From Yuukianura sp. NJ FZ-2021 (lineage: Eukaryota), in assembly GCA_046563655.1 (NCBI GenBank), contig CM102287.1, forward strand, positions 3,596,001-3,660,000: a stretch of 64,000 bases of DNA, in the 5' to 3' direction. Below are positions 1-13,464 of the stretch, in pieces. Each line of letters starts with the position of its first letter. The first letter of the stretch is position 1. A model generated the notes under the pieces. The model was not told where the DNA came from and did no database searches. It was given only the letters and a program-made list of their open reading frames with translations. The translations under genes and the position numbers were made by a program.

Positions 1-486
1 CAGAATCTTCAGAATTGTTCCTTCTCAAGCTAAAACCTTCTCTAAAAAAATGAAACTACTTGATTCCTGAAGTTCCAATTTGATGGAGATGCCTCGAGGC
101 AATGCCTGAGCCATGCCACTGCTCTTTTTGGGTATTTTCTGGACCTTTTCTGGAAGGATGTTCGGATTTTAAAGGCTCCTTGGACCAGTTTCTAGTTTTT
201 TGTGAGCTCCTGAAGTGGATCTGGAGGAGATACATCGAATTAGCACATGGGATTAATGGGATAGAGTCAAATATTTTATATAGTAATAGAAATAGAAATA
301 TAATAGCATAATAGAAATTCATTCCAACCCTCTCAACTCCTCACGAAAGGCCACTTCAAAATAACTTTGTTGGAGAACAGGAACAATATGTTATTATATT
401 TTTACTAAAAACGGTTTTAGTTTTGTATAACTTGTAGAACATGTAATTTGGAATTGGAATTTTAAAGTTTTAAGCACTGCGACTAA

Positions 487-1353
487 AGGCCTGTTTATAC
501 CGGACCACTGGATGGATTTTCCTTCCACTGGACGTCCAGTCCAGTGGAAAAAATTTGTCTCGTTCATACCAGATTTTGGGGAAAGTGAGGGGTGGATTTT
601 TTTTCCATGGATGGATTTTCCTTCCACTGGAAAAAAAATCCAGGGACGCGGTATGAACGCTGTTTTCCACCCTGGATTTCAGAAAGGCGCCTGCCTTTCC
701 ATTCAAAGTTGAAATGTGTCAACAAAGACCTAATTGCTGTTTTCAACAGCTGACAACATCAAAATAATTAATTATTTGTTAACAATGAAAGACTCAGGAG
801 ATATTGAAGATTCAGAGAACGTAGGAATTATACCAGAACATTTTTTCAGTATACATACAAGGACTGGCAATACCTGCACATGACAGATTAATTGTTAATT
901 TCAGGTTAGCGCTAACCTCGTATTAGTAGGTTGAGTTAAATGTTAACACGTTGTTAGGCGTAATCCAACCTATTTACTTTGATTAATTAGTTGAAAAAGT
1001 AATTAACATTCCAAAAACTGTACTTTGGAGATTAGTTTTGTCATTCGAGCTTATTGTCTCAAGCTCCCATGTGATACAGCAAAGATGATCAATCCAGACC
1101 AAAAGTTGAACTGAGTGAACTTTTGGTCTGGATCGTTTCTCCCATCTCTCAACATTACAAGAAAATCCAGTGGAAAAAATTTCCATCCATGGACTTTTTC
1201 GGTATGAACGTACCAAAATCCAGTCCAGTGGATAAAAAATCCACCCAAACTTTCTCTGGATGATCCATCCAGAGAAAGTAAATCTGGTATGAACGTCTGG
1301 ATTGCCGTCCACTGGAAGGAAAATCCATCCAGAGGTCCGGTATAAACAGGCCT
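487..1353. mobile_element. Non-autonomous PIF/Harbinger-type MITE (867 bp)
   Basis: TIRs AGGCCTGTTTATACCGGACC... and ...GGTCCGGTATAAACAGGCCT; TAA on both flanks (484-486, 1354-1356); internal repeats of GGATGGATTTTCCTTCCACTGGA; no transposase. Confidence 0.85.
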
Positions 1354-3507
1354 TAAAAGGTCCGTTTAGCTTTTTCGGTTTTTCGGACAGTTTGTGACGA
1401 AAGTTGAAAACGTGTAATTAATTAATTACTATTTGTGAGCGACTCAATTAGACTTTTATAGACTGCGTACTTTGAATCAATTTTGGAAGGTGTGGTTGAA
1501 TATGGAGAAGAATTTCCATTGTAACTAATAATACAGTAGAGGACGACAGTTTTTTTCTTCAAAATTTTAAAATCAGTGAGAGTGAATCATGGAAGTGAAA
1601 TTGGAGCATGATTCAACAGAGATGCAAGAGACAAATTACTGTGTAAGATTATAATGGATTGGCGTGTGAGTCACTTTTTCCAAGAAAAGCAAGCCGAAGA
1701 CATAGAATGTGCAAATTAAACTTGAACAAGAAAATTTAGGAGAGAATTTGCCAAGAAAAAGTGTCACAGAAATTAGCACTTCATTGTTATGAAAAAAGAG
1801 TCAAGAAAAAAGGATTCTGAAAAATCTAAATTCAAAATAAGCCAGAAACTTGAAATTCTGATCCGTTGAGTTGGAACATTTCAGAAAAATGTTATGCGGA
1901 AAAGAATTTGAGAACAAAATGTTGACTGTGCGTGTTTTTTATTTTTCCTTTCACTCAAGCCTTAAATGTCCCAGAATTTTATTTCTTTTCACATTTTTCA
2001 GTTTAGTTTATTTTTTTCTTCAGTTTTGTGATGAAATTTTTTCCGTATTTTGTGAGACCGTGGTCTCTTTTCTTGTTTTGATTTTGATGAAGCTGTGTAT
2101 TTGAAGTTCGTTTAGTTTCGTCTCTGCTTGATTGTCTTTGTTTGTTCAGAGGAGAGAGAGAGAAAGTCTTTTCTCTAAACATTTGTTGACTTTGGAGACG
2201 ACTTGATTGTGTTTTTGTGTTGTTCTTTTGTTTCATTTCTTTCCGTGGGACTTCGTTTGGTGGGCTGAATGAGGATGAGTCTTAGGTTAGGTTTGATTTG
2301 ATTCTCGTGTCCCGTGTCACATTGTCTCGCTTTTTCTCGGTCCAGGGGCCAAAGAGGTCAATGACCTCCAGCAGTTTTCATTTTCTTGGTTCGAGAACTG
2401 CGGAGTCTCGGCCTGGAAAAATCAATCATCTTCTGGGACGTGGAGAAAGTGAGCTTTCTCTGCAGAGATGTCGACTAACCTAGCTTAACCCAGAGATGTG
2501 GAGTTTCTGTATCTCAAATGAATCTGCACTTTCTGGGCTAATCGTTTTACAACTCTCGCCACTTTCACGGCGTCTAACAGTCGATTACGTTTTTTTGTCA
2601 TTTTCTAGAAATTTTTCCCTTTCCTTGATAGCTAGAAATCCCTACGACTCACTTTCTGCCGAAGTGAGTCGTAGGGAGTGGAATGAAGTTTTAGTGTGAT
2701 GAAACGACTTAAAGTAGAAGTCGAACCCACTTCTACGAACTTCTCTTGGAGAATAAAATCATAAAGGAACAAAACAATAAAAAACAAAGTCTGCAGAGGA
2801 AATCATTTATGAGGGGAATGAAAACGCTGCTCCTCAACATTTTAATTGAATTTCAACCAATGTCCAAACAAAGGAGGCGGGCTAAGCCCCCTTCGTTTTC
2901 CACCTAAAGTCACAACCTCCACAATTTGCAAACATTCCATTTTGCCAACTCGAGTTTGCACAATGTGGTTCATTTTCGCATTCAAATTGACCTGCTCAGT
3001 TTATGACTTTATGGCACCAAGGTACTTGTCACTTTTCAAAAGTTGGAATCTGGTGGGTAGGTTGAACTTTTGCAAAACAGAGTTGAATTTTGGTGAATAT
3101 TTCAAGGAAAATCAAAAATTAAAATTTAACGTACTTGTTTTTGAAATTTTTAAAAGTTTTAGTTTTTGCGAGAGGTCAAGGGTGGTGTATTTTGAGTCTT
3201 GTTTCTTTGTAATTATGTGTACAGTAATTGGACTGTAGAAGGTGGAGATGAGTGTACGTGTGAAGGCTGATTGTTGAAAGGAAGGACGGAAGAGAATTTG
3301 AGTCAATTACTGTGATTAACGCACAAGTAGCCAAAGGAAGGACTTTCTTCTTGGACTTCTTTTTAAAAACCGGTTTCTCTTCCAGGGAAATCAAATCCGA
3401 ATAAGAACAAAAAGTGTTTTTGGAACGGAGAGACTTTGGAATTGTGGCACTTAAGAGAACCGAATGCCAATTGCATTCCTCCTTCCTCCTTTGATGTGTC
3501 TTATTAC

Positions 3508-4009
3508 CAGGGCTGCAAAAAATATTTACTAAAAACCCCCAAAATATTTATTGAAATATTTACTAAAAACGGCACTATATTTAAGAAAATATTTGCTAAC
3601 CAAGTCAATATTTACAAAATTTAAACTTGAAATCACATAAATTCAGTTGGCATTTGTTAATTTATCAGCTGATACTTTTAGCGCAACCGGGATTTTGAGT
3701 GTTTCTGTACCTGTACTATGTTTTCCTGCTTGGCTTAAAAGTTAACAGGATATCGAATTTGTCCAAAGATGGCTTTGGTGTTTCTTTATCGGTTGAAGAA
3801 GAAAAAATTGTTAACCACGAACGAAAAAATCACCAATATACCAAAATTTTGGTTTGAAAAACACTGAGATGGCTAAATATTTACAAAGATATTGATTATT
3901 TTTCAAAAACAGCCAAAAAAGAAAAATATTTATATTTTTTAAAATGGCGGAATATTTTTATTAAATATAAAAATATTTAATATTTAAGAAAATATTGTTT
4001 GCAGCCCTG
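3508..4009. mobile_element. hAT-type MITE (502 bp)
   Basis: TIRs CAGGGCTGCAAA / TTTGCAGCCCTG; perfect 8-bp TSD CTTATTAC (3500-3507, 4010-4017). Confidence 0.9.
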
Positions 4010-4485
4010 CTTATTACACCTCTCAGCTCCCTTGTCTCTTTGCCTTGTTCACAAAGTTAACATCCTACTTGTTCCTCTACAATTTTTTAAAAGAGGAAAA
4101 ATTATTTCGAATTCGAGCCAAGAAAAAATATTAAATTTTTAAAACTCATGGGAAAATTTGCGATTCTCAGTGATAGAAGTTTTAGGAGAAAAAGTAATTA
4201 GGAGAGGACGATAAAATGCCCTGGGGGCACATTAAACCAAAACTACAAAACTAATCACTTCCACTTCACCCGAAACACCACTTTCTTACTTCCTAATTCC
4301 ATTCTAAATCAGAAACTTAACATTTGTATCTTCACTTTCCCAGGATTTTAAACTTTGCAGTATAATTTCATAGTATTTTAAACTCGAAAGTTTCTAAATT
4401 TACATATAATTTGTATATTTTTGCTTCCAAACTTCTACAATTTTGAGGAATTGAATTTTAACTTTAATATTTTTTCTGATTTCAG

Positions 4486-7400
4486 TGGATTGAGGAGAGT
4501 TTTACGAACTTTGACAAGGGGATAAACTGGAGGTCGTACGTTGTGTGCGACGTAGCTTATAACAATGTGAACAACTGGTTGTGGACTCCGTTAATTGACC
4601 GGGGCCCTGCAAATCGTCTTTACGTTGAAATCCAGTTTAGCATGCGAGACTGCAATTTGTTCCCTTGAACGGCACTCTCCTGCAAGGAAACTTTCAGCCT
4701 CCTCTACTACGAATTCGATGCTGCCACCAAGGAACCTCCGCCATGGGAACAGGAGAGCTATACACTCATCGACAGAATCGCGGCAGACGAAGGGCGATGT
4801 AAGGATTCTGATATTGTTGTTTGAAAATTCATAAAATTCGGTTTAAATAACTTAAATTTTTGAATACTTCTGGCAGTTACGCTGAATAATGAGGTGATCA
4901 TCAACACTGAAGTGCGGAGTATTCCAGTGACAAAGAAGGGCGTATACTTTGCATTTCGAGATCAAGGAGCCTGCATCTCCCTCCTCGCTATCAAAGTGTA
5001 TTACATTTCATGTCCAGAGGTCACCGCCAGTTTTGCATTGTTCCCACCCACTCCAACTGGAAGAGAACCACTTCCATCGAACAAGCAGAAGGTAAACTAA
5101 CATCGGATTATCGGATTCAACAGTCTTTCTCAAGAAAATCTGAAAATGTTGAGATTTTGGAAATCTGAATATTTGCTTCCTGTTTTAGGTTTTTGTGTAG
5201 CAAACTCAGTTGAACAGAGTCCACCAAGGCATCTCTGTAAGGGCGACGGAAAGTGGTACTTGCTGTCAGGCGGATGTCAGTGCAAGGCTGGTTATGAAGC
5301 TGATCACGCAAAACAAACTTGCAACGGTAGAGTGAAAACTTCAACAAAAAAAATTAGTACTTATTGATCTGGCATCTGAAATTATGATTGATAGTATTAC
5401 TTTTCTTTTTTAGTTTGTGCCCCGGGACGTTTCAAATCTGATATTGGGGATGGACGCTGCGCTAGTTGTCCAGAACACAGTACTGCTCCGTATACCGCTT
5501 CGGCTGAGTGTCGCTGCAACACGGGTTACTTCCGAAGCGACGAAGATCCCAAGGCTCTCCCATGTAGCAACCCCCCCCCCTCCCCAGTGCCCCCCAGAAC
5601 TTGACGCTCAACTTTGTTGACCAGTCAACAGTCATGCTCAGAGTTGGTTACCGCCGCGGTTCCTTGGTGGTCGGTCGGATACTGTGTACCGCTTAATTTA
5701 TTTACATATATTCCAGGCGTCGAACGGTTCAACGAAACCAAAATTACAATCAGCGGTCTCCTCTCTGTGTGCCAGTACACATTCAGAGTTTTCGCAGAGA
5801 ACGGAGTTTCTTCTAAAGCGGGAGAACCAGAATTTGTGGAATTAACTGTGACGACAGAGGCCTCTGTTCCGTCGAGTGTGACTAACGTAAGAGTAGTCAG
5901 TGCAACGGCGACAGAAGTCCTGCTTCAATGGGATCCACCTTACGACGTTCAGGAATTGGAGATGTACGAAGTACGCTACTTTGTGCGTGGACGTGAAGCG
6001 AATGCGACGATTACCCGAGCTAGACGCGTGTCGAACGAAGTATACATTTGAAAATTTAAAACAGAAGACAGACTATGGGTTTCAAGTGAGAGCCAAAACG
6101 ACTTCTGGGTGGGGAGAGTTCAGTGCAGTTTTGTACAAACGAACGGGTCAACTCCTTCCGTCGTTTGTTTCTGGTGATGAAGAAGCTTATTCACATCAAG
6201 GGTTTATGATTACCATCATTGCAGTGGCAGTAGCGCTCCTCTTTGTCTTCCTCATCATTACAGCAGCACTCTTCCTTCGAGGGTAATTTTTTTTAAATTA
6301 TAAGCATTTTACTTTTCTAAACTTCATGTTTCTGAATTTGATTTTGTGCTTTAGGAGAGGAAACGATGAATGCAATAAAAAGCAACCAAGTGACTGCGAC
6401 ACTCTCGAATATCGGAATGGCGAAGGTGAGCTTACTTTTTTCATTAGCCTAAGAGTTCTTAATTAATGTTTAATTAATTAATTTTAATAAATTATAATTA
6501 ATTTATTTATGCTTGACTAAAGGCCATGTGGTGACCTACAGTAAGTTCATTTGTTTTTGTTGTCTTTTTTTTATGTTGCTTGATTTTGTTGTTGGCTGTT
6601 GGATGAAAAAATTAGAGCTTTCACAAGGCGTAGATTCACCGTCGTCCATTATGCCTTTACACTCAAGAACCCAGTGTAAGAGCTTTTTCGAATTTTTGGT
6701 TGCAATTTATGTTTTTATGAAATCCAAAAGGTGAATTTTGAATTTCACAATTTCTTTTCTGTTTTGTAGTGACGACACCCCTCTTTAGTCACATGGGGAG
6801 CCGGACATACATTGACCCACACACTTACGAAGATCCGAATCAAGCCATTCGAGAATTCGCCAGAGAAATTGACGCTTCATGTATCAGTATTGAAGCGATC
6901 ATTGGAGGTGGGGAGTTTGGAGACGTTTGCAAAGGAAAGTTACGATTGGTGGGCAGAACAGAAATTGACGTAGCAATCAAAACTCTCAAACCTGGAAGTT
7001 CAGAGAAATTCAAGGTTGATTTCCTAACGGAAGCGAGTATAATGTAAATAAATACATCCAAAATGATCGACGAACATTCCATTTTTGGCGAGTTGAATTT
7101 GACGTTTTTTGAAAATGTGTTTTATAGGGGTCAGTTTGAGCATCCGAATATGATATTTCTGCAAGGCGTAGTGACCAAGTCAAATCCAGTGATGATCATA
7201 ACAGAGTACATGGAGAATGGGAGTTTGGACACTTTCCTACGGGCCAACGACGCCAAGTTCCAAGTCATTCAGCTCGTGGGCATGCTCAGAGGCATTGCGG
7301 CAGGTATTACTTTTTACAAGGAATTTGTAAAAGTTCTGAACATGTTTTGAATTTGAAGTGTTAATTAGACGTTTATTGATTAATTAGGCATGCAGTACCT

Positions 7401-8599
7401 TTCTGAGATGAACTACGTCCACCGTGACTTGGCTGCGAGGAACGTTCTGGTCAACGCTCAACTTGTTTGCAAAATTGCAGACTTTGGGCTCTCAAGGGAA
7501 ATTGAATCTGCCATAGAAGGAGCTTATACAACCCGGGTACTTTTGAATATGCAGAGTAGATTAAAAATATGCAAGGCAGCACACACAGAATGTGAATTCG
7601 AACTGTGTTTGCTCGTTCCGTTTCAGGGTGGAAAAATCCCGGTTCGCTGGACCGCTCCAGAAGCGATAGCATTCCGGAAGTTTACGTCAGCCTCTGACGT
7701 CTGGAGCTTCGGCATCGCTTGCTGGGAAGTGATGTCGTACGGAGAGCGGCCATATTGGCACTGGAGTAACCAAGATGTGATCAAGTCAATTGACAAGGGC
7801 TATCGCCTCCCCCCTCCCATGGACTGTCCAGAGTCTATATATCAGCTTATGCTTGACTGCTGGCACAAGGAGAGAGGCCATCGACCCACGTTTTCCCAAA
7901 CAGTCGCAGCTCTCGATCAACTCATTCGTCTTCCCGACATGCTCGCAAAAGTGGCTCCCCACAGGTACACGTCTCGTCAACTGGAAATTGTTTTAATAAT
8001 GTGATTGATGCACTTAACCAATTGCACGCAGAGCTAGTTGTTGGATGAGTGTTGATGGGTGTTGGTTTTTGTTTTGGAATTTAGCACATGGGTGGATTCT
8101 TCTTTTCCCTCTCAGAACCCCTACTACTAACTCCCTCTTCCGGCAGGGCGACTGGCACCCTCCCCACCACTGGAATGTCTGAATCCAAACGTAGATGCTT
8201 AACCAATCACAAGCTTAACCAAGGTGACCTAATCCTCAAACACTGTCCTTTAGCATTAATTTAACTAATTCACGCTAACTCTAAAAAAAAAGTGTAAAAA
8301 TGATTTCTGAAATAATTTCTCTCAGTTTGAAGATTTTTTTTTACAGTTTTGTTTGTTTCTTTAGGACGAGCGAGGAAGTGGTGCTGTTCGAATCGGTGGA
8401 AGACTGGCTGAGTTCAATTAAAATGGGTCGCTACTCGGAGATGTTCAGAAGTGCAGGGGTCGTAACCCTGGACTCAATTCTACGACTCACTATCCAAGAC
8501 TTGGCGGCCATAGGAGTGACACTGATTGGTCACCAGCGTAAAATTATCAATTCCATCACTGCCATAAGGAGACATTTGGGAGAAGGCTTCCTCGGCTAG
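4486..8599 (+). pseudogene. Eph: Eph receptor tyrosine kinase gene, multi-exon, disrupted in the ectodomain (first exons not identified)
   Basis: Exons give the ligand-binding domain (WRSYVVCDVAYNNVNNWLWTP, GVYFAFRDQGAC), Cys-rich and FN3 regions, TM, juxtamembrane [11 protein letters not shown], kinase ([28 protein letters not shown]) and SAM domain. In-frame TGA at 4666-4668 and frameshifts near 5068, 5575, 5640, 5700 and 6030. Confidence 0.88.
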
Positions 8600-9036
8600 C
8601 TAACCTAAAGTTAACACATACATCAGAGACACTGTACAATTTACTGTATTTTCATGATCTCACAGCCCCTTTGACCGTTGACCCTTGCCCCCACTATGTT
8701 CAAACAAACTACTGTTCTTCTTTCAAAATTGCAAACGTTTTTCAAAATTATGAAAAAAAAAATGATTAAAAGAAAAACATCAAAGACCCCCTTGGGAACT
8801 CTGCGGTTGCACCCGTGTGTGAACCTATAAGTTAAAAATTAAAAATCGTCTTAGCAACAGATGCAGTCAGCTGATAGAAGTCAGCCAGCTCAAACAGTAT
8901 GTTTTTTTTTAAAACGCCCACCCCGGACCAGTCATAAATAACCGTATCCTCCACTAAACCTGATTTTTTAAATACTTATTTTTCCTTTGATCTGATCGTA
9001 GAGCTTCAGCATCCTCCAAACAGAAACCCAAGCAAA

Positions 9037-9630
9037 ATGGGGTTACTATTGCGAAGTGACCTAGCACTCGTCACCGTCCTTGCAGCAGCTCTTGTGCCTC
9101 ACGCATGTTGTGCAGCAGAACTCTACGCGTCGTGCAGCGATAACGACTGCGTCATAGACAGAAGCCTGACTAGCGATGAATTCTACAGAGTACTGGAGTC
9201 GAAATGGATCGTGTTTGGATGTAGACCAAACCAAACTTTGGCTGCAAGAGAATCTGGTCTTCAGCACCAAAAGGTATACTTTGAAACAATCGCCACCGGA
9301 AACAGTTACATGCTCGACTTGCCATTGGACGTTTATCCCTATCTCCACGTGGTCTTCGTTGAACTCTATGAGGTGTGCTGTCTGGGGTCGCGATACGGCG
9401 ATGAAATACTTGGTTGCGACGAGAAATATCGAAAGCACAGAGCTGAAGTGCGACTTAAACAATTGCGACCATCGGCCTTCTTCACAACCACGACTACTCC
9501 CAAGCCAGTTGGTTTCAATAATTCCACCAACAGTGTTGGACTGTGCACGTCTTGTCCAATCGCGACGCAAGTTGGTCTTCTGTTACTCGTTTGGGCAATG
9601 ACCGTTGAAAATCATGGATTGAAAACTTAA
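9037..9630 (+). CDS. 197-aa Cys-containing secreted, possibly GPI-anchored protein of unknown function
   Basis: Intact ATG ORF with hydrophobic N-terminal signal, several Cys, Thr-rich stalk (TTTTTP) and hydrophobic C-terminus (VGLLLLVWAM). Confidence 0.6.
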   Translation: MGLLLRSDLALVTVLAAALVPHACCAAELYASCSDNDCVIDRSLTSDEFYRVLESKWIVFGCRPNQTLAARESGLQHQKVYFETIATGNSYMLDLPLDVYPYLHVVFVELYEVCCLGSRYGDEILGCDEKYRKHRAEVRLKQLRPSAFFTTTTTPKPVGFNNSTNSVGLCTSCPIATQVGLLLLVWAMTVENHGLKT

Positions 9631-9665
9631 ATTATTCCTAAATTACATTTCCAGAAACCAAAAAC

Positions 9666-9725
9666 TAATAACAAGAATAATAATAATAATAATAAAAAAA
9701 AAATAATAATCATAATCATAATAAC

Positions 9726-9763
<38 letters not shown>

Positions 9764-9768
9764 TAATA
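9666..9768. repeat. Imperfect (AAT)n microsatellite
   Basis: Directly visible; a second tract lies at about 10793-10856. Confidence 0.85.
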
Positions 9769-9772
9769 GCAA

Positions 9773-10788
9773 GGTATGGAAGGGCGTACTGTGGTACTGT
9801 ATTACTGTGGTTCTGACTGGTCCCACCACACCGTCAGAAATGAGAGTAAATTCCTCTATTTTTCAAACACGTCTCTAGTTTTTACTATACTGTAGGATAA
9901 GCATAAAAAGGGGGCGACGTGAGACTCTTTGGCGCCAGAACACTTATTTGACTTTTTTTTAAACTTAAATTACTCAGATGTTTGAAAGTACGATATGTAC
10001 ACGTCGGCCCTTGACAAAATGTCACCCCTGGTGACATTAATGTCGCCAATGCCATCTTGAAAATTATCTTTCATGTTTTCGACACGTTTTCTCAATTGCA
10101 TCCAGTTCCCTTGCATCTGGATGAAAGCCATGTTTGTTGTTTGTTGACGACATCCGACGGTCACCGCCGTCATCTTCAAAATTCATCCAGCCATTTTTTT
10201 CGCCGTTTTCATGGGAATTGTATGCAGATCCGTATAACTTGCCCAAAATACATAGGTTTGTTGCTGGCGACAACTGACGGTCGCCGCCGCCATCTTGAAA
10301 TTTTGTGAAAACTGATTTCCCACGCTTTTATGGCATTTTTATAACAATATTTTCAAGCAGGTGACCATATGATGGATGACACGCCTATATAGCGACAAAT
10401 TATTGTCAACCGACGGTCGCCGCCAACATATTGGATGTCGCTCAGAACGCCATTTTAACAACTCTTCCGAGAGTTGTTTCAAATACCCTACATAAATACC
10501 TTAAACGATTACGTTGCGACGACAATTTACAAGTGGATGTACGATTCAAAATGGGGGCGGCGACCGTCGACCTTAGGTGTTCGTCGGCAGTCGGGGAACA
10601 ATTTTCATTTTCTTGGAGTTTGTGCTTTTTTTTCACACTGCACTTTAAAATCAACTCGTGCAAAGAATTACCGTCTTACTAGTACTTTGGTGAGTAAAAT
10701 CCCTAACTCACGTACTTACAATCAAGTATACTGTAAGAATTTGGTGTGCCACCGTCACAGTCAAGTTTACAGTACGCCCGTCCCTACC
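9773..10788. mobile_element. Non-autonomous TIR element (~1 kb) between two (AAT)n tracts
   Basis: Imperfect 20-bp TIRs GGTATGGAAGGGCGTACTGT / ACAGTACGCCCGTCCCTACC; internal repeats of GACGGTCRCCGCC. Confidence 0.6.
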
Positions 10789-10820
10789 TACCTAATAATA
10801 ATGGTAATAATAATAATAAC

Positions 10821-10857
<37 letters not shown>

Positions 10858-11541
10858 GTTAGGTTATATTTCATTTCTTTATTTATTTTATTTATTTAAT
10901 TTTATATTTTATGCACGTTCTAAATCTAAAGCTGAAAGACATAATTCAAATAAACTCTCACATAATTCAAAACAGTAAAAAAGTTGTTGAAGGGAATAAA
11001 TAGTTGTATACAGTGAGCGCCAGCTAAAACCATACACTCCTATTTTATTTCCGATAAGAACAAAATTAATAATGTACGATATAAGTTTACGAATGCAAAA
11101 CCTTTCAACAGTAGACATTTTTGTTAGTGAAGTCTTTCTTTTTATTTGTGAAAATTATTTTTTCGGCGGGGCACCTGCATGCCGCGCATTTCCAAATTCA
11201 CCGTTTTTCTAGTGTCAAAAAAGAAGCTCCCTCTTTTTTCAGGGAAGGAAGGAGGGAATGGACAGCTTATTTTCTCTTATTGAGAAATAGCACATGTCGA
11301 TGAAAGGTTTTAGGCTTTTGGAAGTTTAAGTTTTGATCAGAACAGTACGTAGGATAAAATAGTTGAGTCAAAACTACTCCTGCTCACTATTTCCATCATG
11401 TCTGATATATGGGGTGGACATTTTTTCCCAAAGCCCTGTTTCTACCATTTCCATGCAGATTTTTTCGAAATTTTGAAAATTGAATATTTGAATTTGCTGT
11501 TGAATCCTTGGCTAGATATTTTTCTCACAGTAATACTTTTA

Positions 11542-12570
11542 TGCCCAGCTCGTCCATTGCAGGTTAAAATTGCACTAAACTGAGTTTAACTAAACTCAGT
11601 TTAGTTTTTTAACCGACGGTTAACTTTTGTTGGTTCAGCCAACCAACTTTTTGAAAAACTAAACTCCGTTTAGTTAAACTCCGGTTAACTTGGGAATAGC
11701 TGGCAACGTTGCACAAATCCAATTGTGCAAGTGATCTGATTGGCTGAAACACGAGCACCGCGAAAATTGAACAGTTTGTTTACAAATTTCAAACTAAAAT
11801 TAGATTGCAAACTGAACGAAACTTGTCATCACCTTAACCAAATTGCATATGCAGTTTCTAACTAACTAACCATTCTAGTTTCCGATTGATTAGTAATCAA
11901 TCGAGTTTCAGAAACGAAAGAGAGGGCATAACTTTTTATCTAAAGACAGGGAGATCTTAATAATTAAGATCTCTAATTATAAATAAGCTAATTAAGATGT
12001 CAATTATTGACATCTTAATTGAAGTTAGTGTGAAGCTATGAAAGTGCATTAGTGAAATAGTGAAAAGTGATCTCAGATGACCTCAAAAATGACCCTTCGA
12101 ACATTACTCAGGGTCATAAGGGGAATATTTTTTGTCCTACGAACCATGCCCCTGTGACCCTTCCCTGAGGTCGCGGGTCACTCTGAAGAAGCTTTCTCCG
12201 CCCTGTTCAAAGAGATTGGTAATAGTTATAGCAATATAATTAGAATTTTTTTTTGTAGTGACATGACCCCTGGTAACCCAAAAAATGACCTCTATAAAAG
12301 TTGTTCAGAGTAATGTGTAGATCATTTTTTGTCCTCTGACCTATGACCCTGTAACCACCCCCTGATTAGTTATTTTCAGTTTATTCTTTTTTAAACTCCG
12401 GTTAAGTCGTTAACCGAGGAAATTCGGCCGGTTAAATTTAAACTAAGTTTAAGAAAATTAAACTCCGTTTAACTTTTAACCGGCGTTGGCTGAACCCAAA
12501 AAATTTAACCGGAGTTTAAATTCGAGTTTAAACTCAGTTTAAATTTAACCTGCAATGGACGAACCGGGCA
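11542..12570. mobile_element. Harbinger-type non-autonomous TIR element, copy 1 (1029 bp)
   Basis: TIRs TGCCCAGCTCGTCCATTGCAGGTTAAA / TTTAACCTGCAATGGACGAACCGGGCA; TTA TSD. Confidence 0.85.
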
Positions 12571-13464
12571 TTAACGTTTTATGCCCAGTTCGTCCATTGC
12601 AGGTTAAAATTGCGCTAATCTGAGTTTAGTTAAACTCAGTTTAGTTTTTTAACCGACGGTTAACTTTTGTTGGTTCAGCCAACCAACTTTTCGAAAAGTT
12701 AAACTCCGTTTAGTTAAACTCCGGTTAACTCGGGAGTAGCCGGCAACGTTGCACAAATCCAGCTGTGCAAGTGATCTGATTGGCTGAAACACGAGCACCG
12801 CGAAAATTGAACAGTTTGTTTACAAATTTCAAGCTAAAATTAGATTCCAAACTGAACGAAACTTGTCATCACATCTAACCAAATTGCATGGGCAGTTTCT
12901 AACTAACTAACCTTTCTAGTTTCTGAATGATTAGTAATCAATGGAGTTTCAGAAACGAAAGAGTGGGCCTAACTTTTCATTTAAAGACAGGGAGATCTTA
13001 ATTGACATATTAATTGAAGTTGTGTCATAGTAGATAGGGGCAAGTCGACAAGTGTGAAGCAGTGAAAGTGCTTTATTGAAAAGTGATATCAGATGACCTC
13101 AAAAAATGACCCCTTGAACATTGCTCAGGGTCATAAAGGGAATATTTTTTGTCCTACGAACCATGCCCCTGTGACCCTTCCCTGGGGTCACGGGTCAGTC
13201 TGGAGAAGCCCTGTTCAAACGTATTTGTTATTAATAGGGTGATAGTAAACATAAGGAGTCCAGTTTACTTAGAAATTTTTTGGGATGTGCATGACCTCTG
13301 ACAACATAAAAAATGACCTCAATGAAAGTTGTTCAGATTAATGTGTAGATCATTTTTTGTCCTCTGGCCTATGACCGTGTGACCACTCCCTGATTAGTTA
13401 TTTTCAGTTTACTCTTTTTTAAACTCCGGTTAAGTCACTAACCGAGGAAATTCGGCCGGTTAAA

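Noticed and set aside
84..100. 17-nt match TGGAGATGCCTCGAGGC to the LTR hairpin
   Set aside because: No flanking similarity; plausible by chance in 64 kb
10474..10899. 141-aa ORF with a poly-Ile run
   Set aside because: Translation of the (AAT)n microsatellite
11542..13460. Repeated TTAAACTCMG-type motifs as a CRISPR-like array
   Set aside because: Irregular subterminal repeats of a eukaryotic MITE; no spacer periodicity or cas genes
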